A stretch of DNA of 49,593 nt from Candidatus Bathyarchaeia archaeon (GCA_050010515.1 JBEKKX010000017.1:1-49593), one strand, 5' to 3'; positions 18,818-28,864 are shown, counted from the stretch's first letter. The notes: generated from the sequence alone by a model not told the origin. Made by a program: numbers and translations.

Positions 18818-19177
18818 CTAAGGCTCCTCAATGTCTACCAGTTCAAAGCGAATTTTACTGGGGTAAATCCAGTACGCTTTAATGAAGTCTTCAATGCTTT
18901 GGTCAACGTCTAATGCTTCAAAAAAATTAATAAAGTCCTCGTCTACGCCTTCCAAATTTTTTGATGTGTAGACTCTAAAGTTAGCTAAATATTCCTTACC
19001 AACACTTAACTCCTGCATAGAAATCGTGTCTGGCACCTCAACCGCAAAAGGTAAGTTCGTTACAACATCTAAAACAGCAACCTTGTGTGCACTATCATTT
19101 TTAGCTTTAACAACAACCAAGCGTTTATCAAAAACCCTAAAATTCCAATCACTTTCAATATCTAAAGAAGCCGACAT
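18818..19177 (-). CDS. Hypothetical protein
   Basis: Protein-like ORF convergent on ftsY; ATG at 19177 inferred; no family recognised. Confidence 0.6.
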   Translation of the reverse strand: MSASLDIESDWNFRVFDKRLVVVKAKNDSAHKVAVLDVVTNLPFAVEVPDTISMQELSVGKEYLANFRVYTSKNLEGVDEDFINFFEALDVDQSIEDFIKAYWIYPSKIRFELVDIEEP

Positions 19178-19646
19178 AAACTCTTCACAAATAAAACTAG
19201 ACGTTTCCACCTTAAAAAACTTAAAGAAACCGTGTATTGCAGCCAAGTAACCCAAGATGTGGTGGAAACGAGGCTAAAAAACGTTAATTTGTTTAAGAAT
19301 TCGATAAGTGAATAATACTTTTAGAAGCTCTCGATGGAGCCAGCTTAATGAAAATTTTCTTTATAAAATATAGCTTAACTTTTAGTTTCTATAGATTATT
19401 TGTGAAACTCTTAAGAACATTAAAAGAACTCTATATTTTTTGCCGAGAAATACGCAGAGCCAACAAGAAATCAAGAAATGCCTCGGCGAATCAACGTTTA
19501 ACAAGCCCCGTATAAAAACCCCAAATGGATTCCCCAATATCTTTCCATCACTTGTTGAACGTTAGATTCGCTGAGCAATTCGTTTTTAAATTGGGTTAAA
19601 TTTGTCCTGTTGAAAACCAATTATTAAGTTTACTTTTTGAGTTAGC

Positions 19647-19853
19647 TTAAGGTTTTGCTTGGTCTTTTTTCCATTTTGAGGAGTCGCGTAAGTTCTGGAT
19701 TGGCGAATCGTCAGCGTAACCTAAGGACGCTTGAGTTTTTTGTTTATACTTTTTTTCTTGTTCGCTGGCTTTGCTTTCTTTAGCGCTAAGTTCAACGCTT
19801 CCCTCAAGCTTCCGTATTGTTCTGCCTAATCTGCGTTGACCTTTCGTAACCAT
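19647..19853 (-). CDS. Small basic hypothetical protein
   Basis: AGGAG RBS before ATG; MVTKGQRRLGRTIRKLEG... Confidence 0.5.
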   Translation of the reverse strand: MVTKGQRRLGRTIRKLEGSVELSAKESKASEQEKKYKQKTQASLGYADDSPIQNLRDSSKWKKDQAKP

Positions 19854-20167
19854 AACTTTTGCTCCTTTCACAACTGCTATCTAGATAAAGGTTAAAAAAT
19901 ATTGTTGACAATATCAGGTCAAAGAAGCATCGTTTAAAGTCAGTTATGAGTCGTAGCAGGAAAAGCCTTCGGCGAATGCGGATGGATATCCGCTTTTTGC
20001 TACTGAAACGCCAAGCTAACAGTATACCCCTTAGGGCTTTTTTACAGCTAAGAAATCGTCGTCCAGCCTGAATCAACCGGAACCTAGCCTTCATGCACAG
20101 GCAGGCAACCGTACGGCGCCATAGTTAAAAAGCCCTCCGAGCTACTATTTTGGTAGGTGACGTTTTT

Positions 20168-20581
20168 ATGAAAACAAAAGTTAGAACCATAAAGCAAAAA
20201 GTGGTTATTCCAGCCTCTCCCAAAGAAGTTTACGAGGCCTATGTTGACGCGAAAAAGCACAGCAAATTCACAGGCAGCAAGGCTACTGGCAAGGCAGTGG
20301 TCGGCGGCAAATTCACGGCTTGGGACGGGTACATTTTTGGGAAAAACCTTGAGCTTGACGATGGAAAACGTGTGGTTCAAGAGTGGACTACGACGGATTG
20401 GCCAGAAGGTTATGGTCCTTCAAGATTAGAGTTATGTTTCAATGAGGTCCCTGAAGGAACAGAACTTGTTATGGTGCACTCGGACGTTCCAGAAGAGCAA
20501 GCAGATGAAACAGCTGAGGGCTGGATAGAGTGGTATTGGAATCCGCTTAAAAAGTACTTTAGCACGCAATCAAAAAACTAA
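20168..20581 (+). CDS. SRPBCC/AHSA1-like domain protein
   Basis: ASPKEVYEAY, VGGKFTAWDG, VVQEW, GWIEWYWNPLK; AGGTGA RBS. Confidence 0.9.
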   Translation: MKTKVRTIKQKVVIPASPKEVYEAYVDAKKHSKFTGSKATGKAVVGGKFTAWDGYIFGKNLELDDGKRVVQEWTTTDWPEGYGPSRLELCFNEVPEGTELVMVHSDVPEEQADETAEGWIEWYWNPLKKYFSTQSKN

Positions 20582-20646
20582 TTAAGAAAGGTACTGGGGT
20601 AGAAGTCAAGCCTACTCAAAGTGGAAATTTTTCAAATAAACCCTTC

Positions 20647-20984
20647 TTATTGTTCGTTTAATAGTTCTTCAATTACCGGCTTCAGTACGGGTAGACGTTT
20701 CTTTGCTGTTTTCCATATTATTTCAATGTTGATTTCTGGATAATCATGAGTTAGAATGTTCCGCATGCCGACAATTTTTAACCATGGAATTTGAGGATAA
20801 CTTTTCTCATTTCTATTGGGACATGTTTGGCTGCTTCACCGATAACTATGAAGTCCATTGTCACTGCTCTTATCACCTTAGTATACTTTGCGAAATTATC
20901 AAAAGAAAGATTATCCATAAACTCTTCGATTTCTTCGATGGCTTTCAAAATATCTTCAAAATAAAGTTTGGTATCTCTTATCAT
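20647..20984 (-). pseudogene. HepT/DUF86 HEPN ribonuclease toxin, frameshifted
   Basis: VIGEAAKHVP, then a 1-nt loss in the A run near 20802-20805; the shifted frame continues YPQIPWLKIVGMRNILTHDY (R-x4-H motif) to TAA at 20647. Confidence 0.88.
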
Positions 20985-21280
20985 ACGTAAATTGCCTCTT
21001 GCAATATTCTGTCTTTTATTCTGGCCTTCAAAGCATGCTTTTCAACTAAATCCACTTTTATTTTCAGTTTTCGACTTAAGAATTGTTTAAGGGCGATAAA
21101 ATCTAAAAGGTCGATATCATTTGGCTCTGAAAAAGTAACGAGAATATCTACATCGCTTTTATGTTTCTGTAAACCTTGGGAATAAGAGCCAAATATGCCT
21201 ACAGTTTCCACTTGAAATTTATCTTTTAGAACTGGTTTTAACGATTCCAGTTGAATTTTAATTTCATCAAGCGTTTTCAT
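20981..21280 (-). CDS. Minimal nucleotidyltransferase (MNT) antitoxin
   Basis: GIFGSYSQG...SDVDILV...KVDLV; 4-nt overlap with the HEPN gene. Confidence 0.9.
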   Translation of the reverse strand: MKTLDEIKIQLESLKPVLKDKFQVETVGIFGSYSQGLQKHKSDVDILVTFSEPNDIDLLDFIALKQFLSRKLKIKVDLVEKHALKARIKDRILQEAIYV

Positions 21281-21508
21281 AGGCGATTCTTTCTATAGTA
21301 GCATTAATCTAAAAACGTTTGCTGTACTAATAGGGTTTTGCAAGTTTCATCCAGCTTTATCGCTTTCTTTGGAATAATGGGCTCTTCACACCTCTTTTTG
21401 CTACTAAAAATAGTAAGCAAAAAGTATACCCCCTATTTGGGATAGCAATATTGCACCTACTCTACCGATACCTCATTTTTAAACGAGAAATTCAACAACA
21501 AAAATGGC

Positions 21509-21640
21509 CTACCCTCTGGCTTTAGCTTTGCCTGAGACGAAAAAGACGGCGGCTGAAACCGCTAGCAGCACTGTTAGCGACATGAACAGTCCGTTGTACT
21601 GCAAAACTGATGCGAACAATAAAGGGCCTATTCCAATATT
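21509..21640 (-). pseudogene. Fragment of a membrane-transporter C-terminus (MFS-like)
   Basis: IGIGPLLFASVLQYNGLFMSLTVLLAVSAAVFFVSGKAKARG*: two hydrophobic helices with a GP turn, no upstream part. Confidence 0.35.
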
Positions 21641-21829
21641 GTATTGAATGCATAGTTCTTGCTTTAACATGTTATTTACTATATAAAATTAACGCATAAT
21701 TCTATCTTCCATGCGACCTCAGAACTCCTTCTTATGTTCATCCCTTTCGTCTAACATGTTATAAATAATACTTCTATCATGTTGCGTTTTGTGAAGAACG
21801 CCAACATCCTCAGAGCGTATTATTATTGT

Positions 21830-21958
21830 TTAGACATCAACGTTTCTAAATTTATCGGCTTTTTCTAAATTTTCATTATAACATTTTTCACATAGACCTT
21901 CGTTAAGATAATAGTCTTCTTCTGAAATCTCTGCGCCACAAATATTACATTTTTCCAA
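21830..21958 (-). CDS. Small CxxC...CxxC zinc-finger protein (42 aa)
   Basis: GGGGTGA RBS, TTG start, EKCNICGAEISEEDYYLNEGLCEKCY. Confidence 0.6.
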   Translation of the reverse strand: MEKCNICGAEISEEDYYLNEGLCEKCYNENLEKADKFRNVDV

Positions 21959-22405
21959 TCTATTCACCCCTAAATCTTAATTCCATCTGCCTAATAGTAA
22001 TAAACTCGAAAATGCTTATGAATTTACTCCTATCTGCGTAATTCGCTATATTCAACAAATCCTTTTAATTGGACTCGAATCACCAAGACGTAAAAGCGTT
22101 CCCCGCGGACCTGCTGCGTATAACGTTAGAAGTTGTACATGACGCGATTAAGCATTATTATTTTTACAGTTTAAGTCTTCCAGAACATTCAGAAGCCTTG
22201 AAAAAGAATAGTCGGCAAACTAAAAAAACGGCTGTTTCAACCAAATAAGGCCGCAACGACCAGTGGTAAGAAGCGTAGCCTATGAAAGTACAACCGTTGG
22301 AAGATCGGGGAGGCGCTGCCTTGTTTTCCCAGAGGAGACCTTTTAGAAAGAAATCGGGCCTGCTTCAACGCGCACGTTTTGGTTTAGAAATTTGTTTTTG
22401 CAGCT

Positions 22406-23683
22406 TTATTTTTTCATTAGCTCCATAAGTTTTGGCATTAATTCGCAGCCACGTTCTATCATGCCTAAGCTTCCTTTCGCGCATTCTCTCTCTGAGAACT
22501 TAACAGCTTTGTCATCGTCTACTTTGTCGCCTGAAATTAATACGGGAACTGGTGTGTCGCTGTGTACTTTTAGTTCGCAGGGCGTCGCGTGGTCAGTGGT
22601 TATGCAGATAATGTTGTCTTTTAGAGAAATCTGTTTTAGCAATGGTCCAAAGAAGTATTTGTCAATGGCTGAGATAATCTGCGTTTTTAAGGTGCAGTTG
22701 CCGTCGTGCCCGGGTTCATCTGGACCTTTAAGGTGAATGTAGAAACAATCATGCTTGGGCAACACATCTAGCAGGGCTTTGACTCTTACTTCGCAGTCTT
22801 TTTGGAGGTTGCCTGAAGGCGGCGGCAAAAGCATGGAGTCCATGCCTGCCAACTGTGCTATGCCCCGTTCAGCATGCATATCTGCCAAAGCTGCAAAGTT
22901 GACGTGGTATCGCTGGTTTATGTTGAAGAATTTTGGGAGGAGGTGCCCTGCATCTCGAGTTAAAACAACGTTTGCCTTAAGCTTGCCCTCAGCCGCACGC
23001 TTTATGTTTACGGGGTGATTTTGCCACAGTTTATGGGTTTTCTCGATAAACTCGTTCATAAGTGCCGCGGAAACTTTTGCTTGTTCTGTGTTGTCCGTTG
23101 GTTCGCAGGTTTTCAGCACCATTTCAACGTTAGCCTGTGCCACGCCGATGCCGTTAGCTATTGTGTAGGCTGGGTCACTGTTTGTTATGTTGCTTGAAAG
23201 AGGCTTCCCTTTGCTCTTTATTAATAGAGCTGCCCTGTGCCCCAGTGTGTTTCGAAACTCCAACGTGGCAGGGTAAGATTCAAGCTTAACCTGTTCGTTA
23301 GCTGCCTTGCTTAGCTCAGTGGCTTCCTCAGTGGTTAAAGTTCTTGCCACTCGACGGTCAATTATGGTTTTTCCTTGACCTAACGTTGCAAAGTTGCACC
23401 TTAACGCTAAATCGCCATCCTTCATTTCTAAGCCTGCGCCCACGGCTTCAATAACACCTCTGCCAGTGCTGTACTTGAAAGGGTCATAACCTAAAAGCGA
23501 AATAACAGCAACATCACTCTCTGGCGCAACACCTTTTTTTACTGTGTACATTAAGCCAGTTTTGCCGTTTTTGGCAAGAGCATCCATATTTGGGGTTTCA
23601 GCTGCTTCCAGAGGGGTTTTGTTGCCTAAACTTTTGATTGGTAAATCTCCCATGCCGTCTATTGCAACGTAAATTAACTTCAA
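22406..23683 (-). CDS. apgM: Cofactor-independent phosphoglycerate mutase (archaeal type)
   Basis: IDGMGD, KTPLEAA, PESD phosphoserine motif, GRGVIEA, KGPDEPGHDG, TDHATP, HSDTPVP. Confidence 0.92.
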   Translation of the reverse strand: MKLIYVAIDGMGDLPIKSLGNKTPLEAAETPNMDALAKNGKTGLMYTVKKGVAPESDVAVISLLGYDPFKYSTGRGVIEAVGAGLEMKDGDLALRCNFATLGQGKTIIDRRVARTLTTEEATELSKAANEQVKLESYPATLEFRNTLGHRAALLIKSKGKPLSSNITNSDPAYTIANGIGVAQANVEMVLKTCEPTDNTEQAKVSAALMNEFIEKTHKLWQNHPVNIKRAAEGKLKANVVLTRDAGHLLPKFFNINQRYHVNFAALADMHAERGIAQLAGMDSMLLPPPSGNLQKDCEVRVKALLDVLPKHDCFYIHLKGPDEPGHDGNCTLKTQIISAIDKYFFGPLLKQISLKDNIICITTDHATPCELKVHSDTPVPVLISGDKVDDDKAVKFSERECAKGSLGMIERGCELMPKLMELMKK

Positions 23684-24036
23684 CCAGTTTTTCCTCCTTT
23701 AAGAGTGAGATAGCTTGGTTGTTTAAGCTTTATTATTTTTTTGATTGCTAACCTGTTTTTTAAAGAAAGAAATCATATAGTTTTGTATTTGTGTAGCTTG
23801 CGGGGTTCCTGCATTTTAGCATTAAGAACTGCTTATTTTGGAACTCTAGCGGAAATTGACTTGTAAATTAGAACTTAAAAGTGCGGATAATGTGCTAATT
23901 TACCCAACATTCATTTAGCTGTCTTTGGTGCCTTCCAAGAAGTGACGTAGAAATCGAGACTTTTCCCCGATAACTGTTTCTGCAGTAAACTTTGTCTAAA
24001 GCCATGGTTGCTTACAGAGTTGCGCTGGGCTTCTTT

Positions 24037-24237
24037 CTACCTCAGATAGTCAACTTTGCGCTTGTGATACCGCTTGCATTCTTTGACGACTTTTTCCCCG
24101 TATGGCGGGTACATCATCCCTATCCCTGAAAGCAACATCAGTTGCCTTGTCTGATCTTGCCTTGTTTCACTGTATTCTGTGCATCCTGCGCATTGATCGG
24201 GGAACTCATTGAAGCACACATGTTGTACTTCCAACAC
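24037..24237 (-). CDS. Small hypothetical Cys-containing protein
   Basis: 66 aa with C..CAGC..C, GGGGA RBS upstream of GTG. Confidence 0.5.
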   Translation of the reverse strand: MLEVQHVCFNEFPDQCAGCTEYSETRQDQTRQLMLLSGIGMMYPPYGEKVVKECKRYHKRKVDYLR

Positions 24238-24304
24238 TCTTCCCCAACTATTAACTAGGACAGTTTAACTATTTAAAACAAGCTCAAAGCAATCTAAGCT
24301 AAAG

Positions 24305-24470
24305 GCTATACGCGCTTCTTTGATCCTTCAGGTCCAATACATAATCTATCATTGGTCTTACCGTTGGCAGCTCAGTGTAAGAAATCTGCTGGTTACGCGG
24401 TGCTGTTTTGCGATGTACCACGATATTCTCTTGCCAGTTGGCTTCCGATGATCTAAAAGCGCGTAGGGTC
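24305..24470 (+). ncRNA. Candidate structured non-coding RNA
   Basis: Ends pair over about 20 bp (ggctatacgcgcttctttgatc / gatctaaaagcgcgtagggtc); internal stems; G-U pairs favour the + strand; TTTAAA upstream and a T-run downstream. Confidence 0.3.
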
Positions 24471-24483
24471 GATTTTTATAAGG

Positions 24484-24828
24484 TTAAAGCTTCACGGGGT
24501 ATTCTACTTCGACTGCAAACTTGTTGCTTCGCAAGAATTTGTTTTTATTTATTTTTTTGTCTTCGTTTTCTTGTTGGTTTCTTTGTTCGCAGCTGTCGAA
24601 TATTTTTCCTCTCTTTGTTCTGTTTAAGTAGCTGATTAAGATAAACTGCAGTATACCTCCAGAGCCGCTGGCTACTAACCATGCCCAAGCCCCCAAAGTG
24701 CTGAAGGTAAGCGCGAAGATGGCGGTTCCGATGAGGAAAACGGTGAACCCTACAATATTGAATTTAATGAAGCGTAAAAGCCATTTCAATGCTGTTTCTC
24801 CAAAACTCTTCTTAACTGGCTTACCCAT
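24484..24828 (-). CDS. GtrA-like small membrane protein
   Basis: RFIKFNIVGFTVFLIGTAIF followed by a second hydrophobic helix. Confidence 0.6.
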   Translation of the reverse strand: MGKPVKKSFGETALKWLLRFIKFNIVGFTVFLIGTAIFALTFSTLGAWAWLVASGSGGILQFILISYLNRTKRGKIFDSCEQRNQQENEDKKINKNKFLRSNKFAVEVEYPVKL

Positions 24829-25035
24829 GTTTATCACACTCAAAAACATGCTCCATAGTACTCAGAACCATAGCAATATTTAAGCAATCAACAATGTTCG
24901 TTTTTTACTCTAAAAAATTACAAACGAGCAGAAAAGCTGCTTAAGAATACATTTGCGAAATAGATAAAATCAAGCTTTTCAGAAAACGCAAGTAAATATG
25001 CGGATTCATCCAGAGTATATGAATGTATGCCAAAA

Positions 25036-25108
25036 AGCTGGGGATGGGAATTGAACCCATATATAACAGCTCTGCAGGCTGTCGCCTGAGCCATTCGGCC
25101 ACCCCAGC
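25036..25108 (-). tRNA. tRNA-Cys(GCA), intronless, CCA not encoded
   Basis: GCTGGGG/CCCCAGC acceptor stem, ACAGC-ctGCAga-GCTGT anticodon arm, ATGGG-TTCAATT-CCCAT T arm, U discriminator. Confidence 0.96.
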
Positions 25109-25219
25109 ATGTTGAATCTAAGTTGAGACCCACATAAAAATATTGTTGACACTGTTTGTTTTTTTTGATTTCCGCTAACTTGCTTTTAAGAAACGAATGG
25201 AAAAATTACTTTTTGAATG

Positions 25220-25354
25220 CTAAGCCTGAAAAGAAAGCCACTGTTTCTCGTAGCAACGTTTTACCTGTTCCCTTAATTTTTTAAGTTGATATACCTTTAG
25301 TTCTTCAGCAGGCATGGTTTCGATTTTTTCGTTCCAGTATTCGCCCTCTACCAT
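25220..25354 (-). pseudogene. Truncated phenylacetate-CoA ligase (PaaK) N-terminus
   Basis: GAGGGA RBS; MVEGEYWNEKIETMPAEELKVYQLKKLREQVKRCYE matches the PaaK N-terminal pattern; stops after 44 aa. Confidence 0.75.
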
Positions 25355-25373
25355 TTTTGTTCCCTCGCTCTTT

Positions 25374-25790
25374 TCAAAGGCCTATATACACTCCTTTTAT
25401 AGGACTATTAGATAAAAGTTACCTACTCTTTCCTTCTAAAACGATTCTTCCTTCCTCTAGAACATAGCCCATATCAGCCGCATTCAATGAATCGTGAACG
25501 TTCTGCTCAACCAGCAAGACGATTGCGTTCCTCGTTAATTGTGCGTATAGTATCTAACACTTTTATCACATGATTGGTGCCAACCCAATGAAGGCTCATC
25601 TAGAATTAACAGTTGACAGTTGAGGGTTAGACATTAAACTTCGGCAAATAACAAGCATTTGCTGTTCGCCGCCGCTTGAGCGTTTGAGCTAACGCTTTTT
25701 CATTCTTTTCTAGCACAGGAAAAATCTGGTAAACCTTCTCCTTAATTTCCTTATCTTTTATATTCCTCTTCCTTAATAGGCCTGTAAATT
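25374..25790 (-). pseudogene. Decayed branched-chain amino-acid ABC ATPase (LivF), C-terminal half
   Basis: Across frameshifts and stops: VYQIFPVL, SGGEQQMLVICRSLMSNP, ILDEPSLGLAP, LLVEQNV, GYVLEEGRIVLEG, VYIGL*. Confidence 0.88.
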
Positions 25791-25869
25791 TCGGTGGAAA
25801 CTGACAAGTTTTAAAACGACTTGTAGCCATATACAAGTGGGTAGCTGCTTTCTCAAGTGGTGGTTAAAA

Positions 25870-28536
25870 CTGGGCATCGAAAAACTTAACAAAATGTTCG
25901 ATCCTAAACGGATAGCAGTAATCGGTGCCAGTGAAAGAGAAGGTTCCATAGGCGCAAAAATTTTAAGGAATCTAATAGGAGTAGGTTATAACGGTGCAGT
26001 CTTCCCTGTAAACGCGTTTAGGGAGACGGTTCAGGGAATAACTGCTTATCCAAGCATTAGTAAAATCCCTCGGGCAATCGATCTAGCCATAATTGCAACA
26101 CCAGCACATACTGTGCCACAGATCATTGAAGAATGCGGTGAGGCTGGAGTTTCTGGAATTATAATATGTTCTGCCGGTTTCAGAGAAGTCGGTGAAGAAG
26201 GCATTCTTATTGAAAAGCGAATCCTTCGCTGCCAAAGGAAATATGGTATGCGGATTATAGGTCCCAACAGTTTTGGGGTAATTAGACCAAAAATAAACCT
26301 TTACGCTACATTTGCAAATGACAGAGCAAATTCTGGAAAAATCGCCTTTATCTCCCAAAGCGCTGCTTTGTGTGCTTCCGCACTAGATTGGGCATCAGAA
26401 GCTCAAGTTGGATTCAGTGCTGTGGTGTCCACGGGGTCAATGCTTGATGTGGATTTTGGCGATTTAATAGATTACTTTGGAGCCGATGCACAAACTAAAA
26501 GCATCGTTTTATATGTTGAGTCGATAAAAAACGCCAGGAAATTCATGAGCGCGGCACGAGGCTTTGCCAGAACCAAGCCTATAGTAGTTGTCAAAGCTGG
26601 GCGTTTTCAGGAGACTATTATCCCGACTCTTTCTCACAGCGGTTCTTTGGGTGGAGAGGATGCTGTTTATGACTCGGCGTTTAGGCGTGCTGGAGTAGTC
26701 AGGGTAGAAACTATGAACGATTTATTTAACTGTGCAGAAGCATTGGCAATGCAGCAAAATCCTACGGGACCTGACTTGGCAATCATTACTAACGCTGGCG
26801 GTCCAGGTATAATGGCTACAGACCAGCTTATCGCTAAGGGTGGAAAACTATCACAGCTAAGTCAGGAAACAGTGCAAGCTTTAAAGAACGTTCTGCCTCC
26901 CTACTGTACTACTGCAAACCCTATCGATATTTTCGAGGAAGCTACACCGGCAAGGTTTAAAGATGTTATAGCACTTTGCCTGAAAGATCAAAATAGCAAT
27001 GGTTTTCTACTAATCTATGCACCTCAAACAGCGGCCGACCCTTTAGCTATAGCAAAAACAGTGACAGAATTAGCAAAGCAAACAAAAAAACCCATACTCA
27101 CATGTTTAATGGGCGAAGATTTCGGATGCCGAAAAGCGCGAAGATTTCTACAAAGACACGGCATTCCAACTTTTCCAACGCCCGAACAAGCTGTTTCAAC
27201 CTTTATGTACATGTACCGGTATACTCAAGGCTTGGAGCTTCTTTACCAAACACCTGAACAACTTTCCGAAGAGCCAACAAATTCAGCGGCTCTCAAGTCT
27301 ATTTTAAAGCAAGCCTACTGTCGAGGGCAGCAGGTTCTTGGTTTATCTGAGTCTCTTCAGTTTCTAGAAGCTTATAAAATCCCGACTATCAAGACCCTAT
27401 TTGCAAGTACGCCTGGTGAAGCTGAAGCTTTAGCTTCCAAAATCGGGTTCCCAGTGGTTATGAAAGCTTTGTCTCCCCAGGTTATACATAAATCCAAAAT
27501 CGCAGGCGTCATCTTGAACGTATGCTCCACGTTGGAAGTTCAAGCTTACTTTGGTGAACTAGCTAAAAAGATACAAAAGCTTGGTGATAATACCGAGTTT
27601 CAAGGCGTAGCAATCCAGCCTATGGTCCGCAAGAAAGGCTACGAGTTGCTTGTCGGCACTAAAAAAGACCCACAGTTCGGTTCAGTGATCATTTTTGGCA
27701 AGGGTGGAACGGATGCCAACTTATTCAAGGATGTAAGCATAGGTTTCCCGCCTTTAAATCAGGTGCTTGCAAGAAGGCTAATAGAGGACACGGCTATCTA
27801 CAAGAATGCAGCTTTATTGGGACTTCCCCTAAATGTCAAGCTTATCGAGGAAATCTTGGTAAAGTTTTCTCAACTTGTAATTGATTTTCCTGAGATCAAA
27901 GAGATTGACATAAACCCTTTGATTGTGGACAAAAAAAGCGCTGTTGCAGTTGATGCACGCATTATCCTAGACATTAAACGTATAACGCAGAAAATCGGTT
28001 TTCATGAAAACCTTGTTATCGCTCCTTACCCAAGCAAGTATGTCTCTGATTGGAAAACGAAAAATGAAACCCTTGTGCGGCTTCGGCCAATAAAACCTGA
28101 AGATGAAGGCAGATTCAACGAGCTTTTCAAATCACTTTCTGCTGAAACAATGCGTTTCCGATTTTTTGAAATTATAAAGGAGTTTTCTCATGAAATGTTG
28201 ACCAGATACTGTAATTTGGATTATGATAGAGAAATTGCTATAGTAGCAGAGCTTCCAGATAGCAGGCGAATAATTGGTGTTGCAAGATTAATCACAGACC
28301 CTGATGGAAAAAGCGGTGAGTACGCTGTTTTAATTGGTGACCAATGGCAAGGATTCGGGCTAGGCCTCAAGCTCATGGGTTCCCTGATTGAAATGGCGAA
28401 GGATAAGCATCTGGAGAAAATATACGGTTACGTCATGGCTAATAACTACAAGATGCTGAACCTGTGTAATGGGATAGGATTCAAGGCTGAACAAGTCGAC
28501 GATGATACCTTAAAAATGTATCTCGACGTATCCTAA
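25870..28536 (+). CDS. ADP-forming acyl-CoA synthetase (alpha+beta) fused to C-terminal GNAT, copy 1; probable CTG start
   Basis: IAVIGAS, GPNSFG, SQSAAL, SHSGSL, ITNAGGPG, HKSKIAGV (ATP-grasp), RPIKPED, WQGFGLG (GNAT motif A). Confidence 0.9.
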   Translation: MGIEKLNKMFDPKRIAVIGASEREGSIGAKILRNLIGVGYNGAVFPVNAFRETVQGITAYPSISKIPRAIDLAIIATPAHTVPQIIEECGEAGVSGIIICSAGFREVGEEGILIEKRILRCQRKYGMRIIGPNSFGVIRPKINLYATFANDRANSGKIAFISQSAALCASALDWASEAQVGFSAVVSTGSMLDVDFGDLIDYFGADAQTKSIVLYVESIKNARKFMSAARGFARTKPIVVVKAGRFQETIIPTLSHSGSLGGEDAVYDSAFRRAGVVRVETMNDLFNCAEALAMQQNPTGPDLAIITNAGGPGIMATDQLIAKGGKLSQLSQETVQALKNVLPPYCTTANPIDIFEEATPARFKDVIALCLKDQNSNGFLLIYAPQTAADPLAIAKTVTELAKQTKKPILTCLMGEDFGCRKARRFLQRHGIPTFPTPEQAVSTFMYMYRYTQGLELLYQTPEQLSEEPTNSAALKSILKQAYCRGQQVLGLSESLQFLEAYKIPTIKTLFASTPGEAEALASKIGFPVVMKALSPQVIHKSKIAGVILNVCSTLEVQAYFGELAKKIQKLGDNTEFQGVAIQPMVRKKGYELLVGTKKDPQFGSVIIFGKGGTDANLFKDVSIGFPPLNQVLARRLIEDTAIYKNAALLGLPLNVKLIEEILVKFSQLVIDFPEIKEIDINPLIVDKKSAVAVDARIILDIKRITQKIGFHENLVIAPYPSKYVSDWKTKNETLVRLRPIKPEDEGRFNELFKSLSAETMRFRFFEIIKEFSHEMLTRYCNLDYDREIAIVAELPDSRRIIGVARLITDPDGKSGEYAVLIGDQWQGFGLGLKLMGSLIEMAKDKHLEKIYGYVMANNYKMLNLCNGIGFKAEQVDDDTLKMYLDVS

Positions 28537-28864
28537 ATTTATTATGCAGGCGCCCAGTAGCAGGTTTTCCTAAATGGTTATGCGAAGAAAGATTTCTCTG
28601 TCCTCAGGAATCATTGTAATTCCTTTCTTTACTATTTCATATGTACGCGCCAGCATGTTGAAACTGTGTGAAAACTATTTTTAATTTCAGAAAATTGCTA
28701 AGTTTTTGCGATTTGGAAGGGCTTCAGGACGTGTTTTTAGATATAAGACGCAATTTATAAAACTAAATTTGAGTTTTCACACACCCTCAACGGGCTGGCG
28801 CGCTTCACGTTAATAGATTCTTTGGTGAGCGTTTGAAGAAGAAGCGGCTTTAGAGTGATCTGTG

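Noticed and set aside
19804-20094. 96-aa Arg-rich minus-strand ORF
   Set aside because: Atypical composition, overlaps another ORF, and the region is better explained by inverted repeats.
25036-25108. tRNA-Cys as attachment site of an integrated element
   Set aside because: No integrase and no duplicated tRNA end seen in the window.
24918-25133. 71-aa ORF across the tRNA
   Set aside because: Spurious translation of tRNA-Cys.
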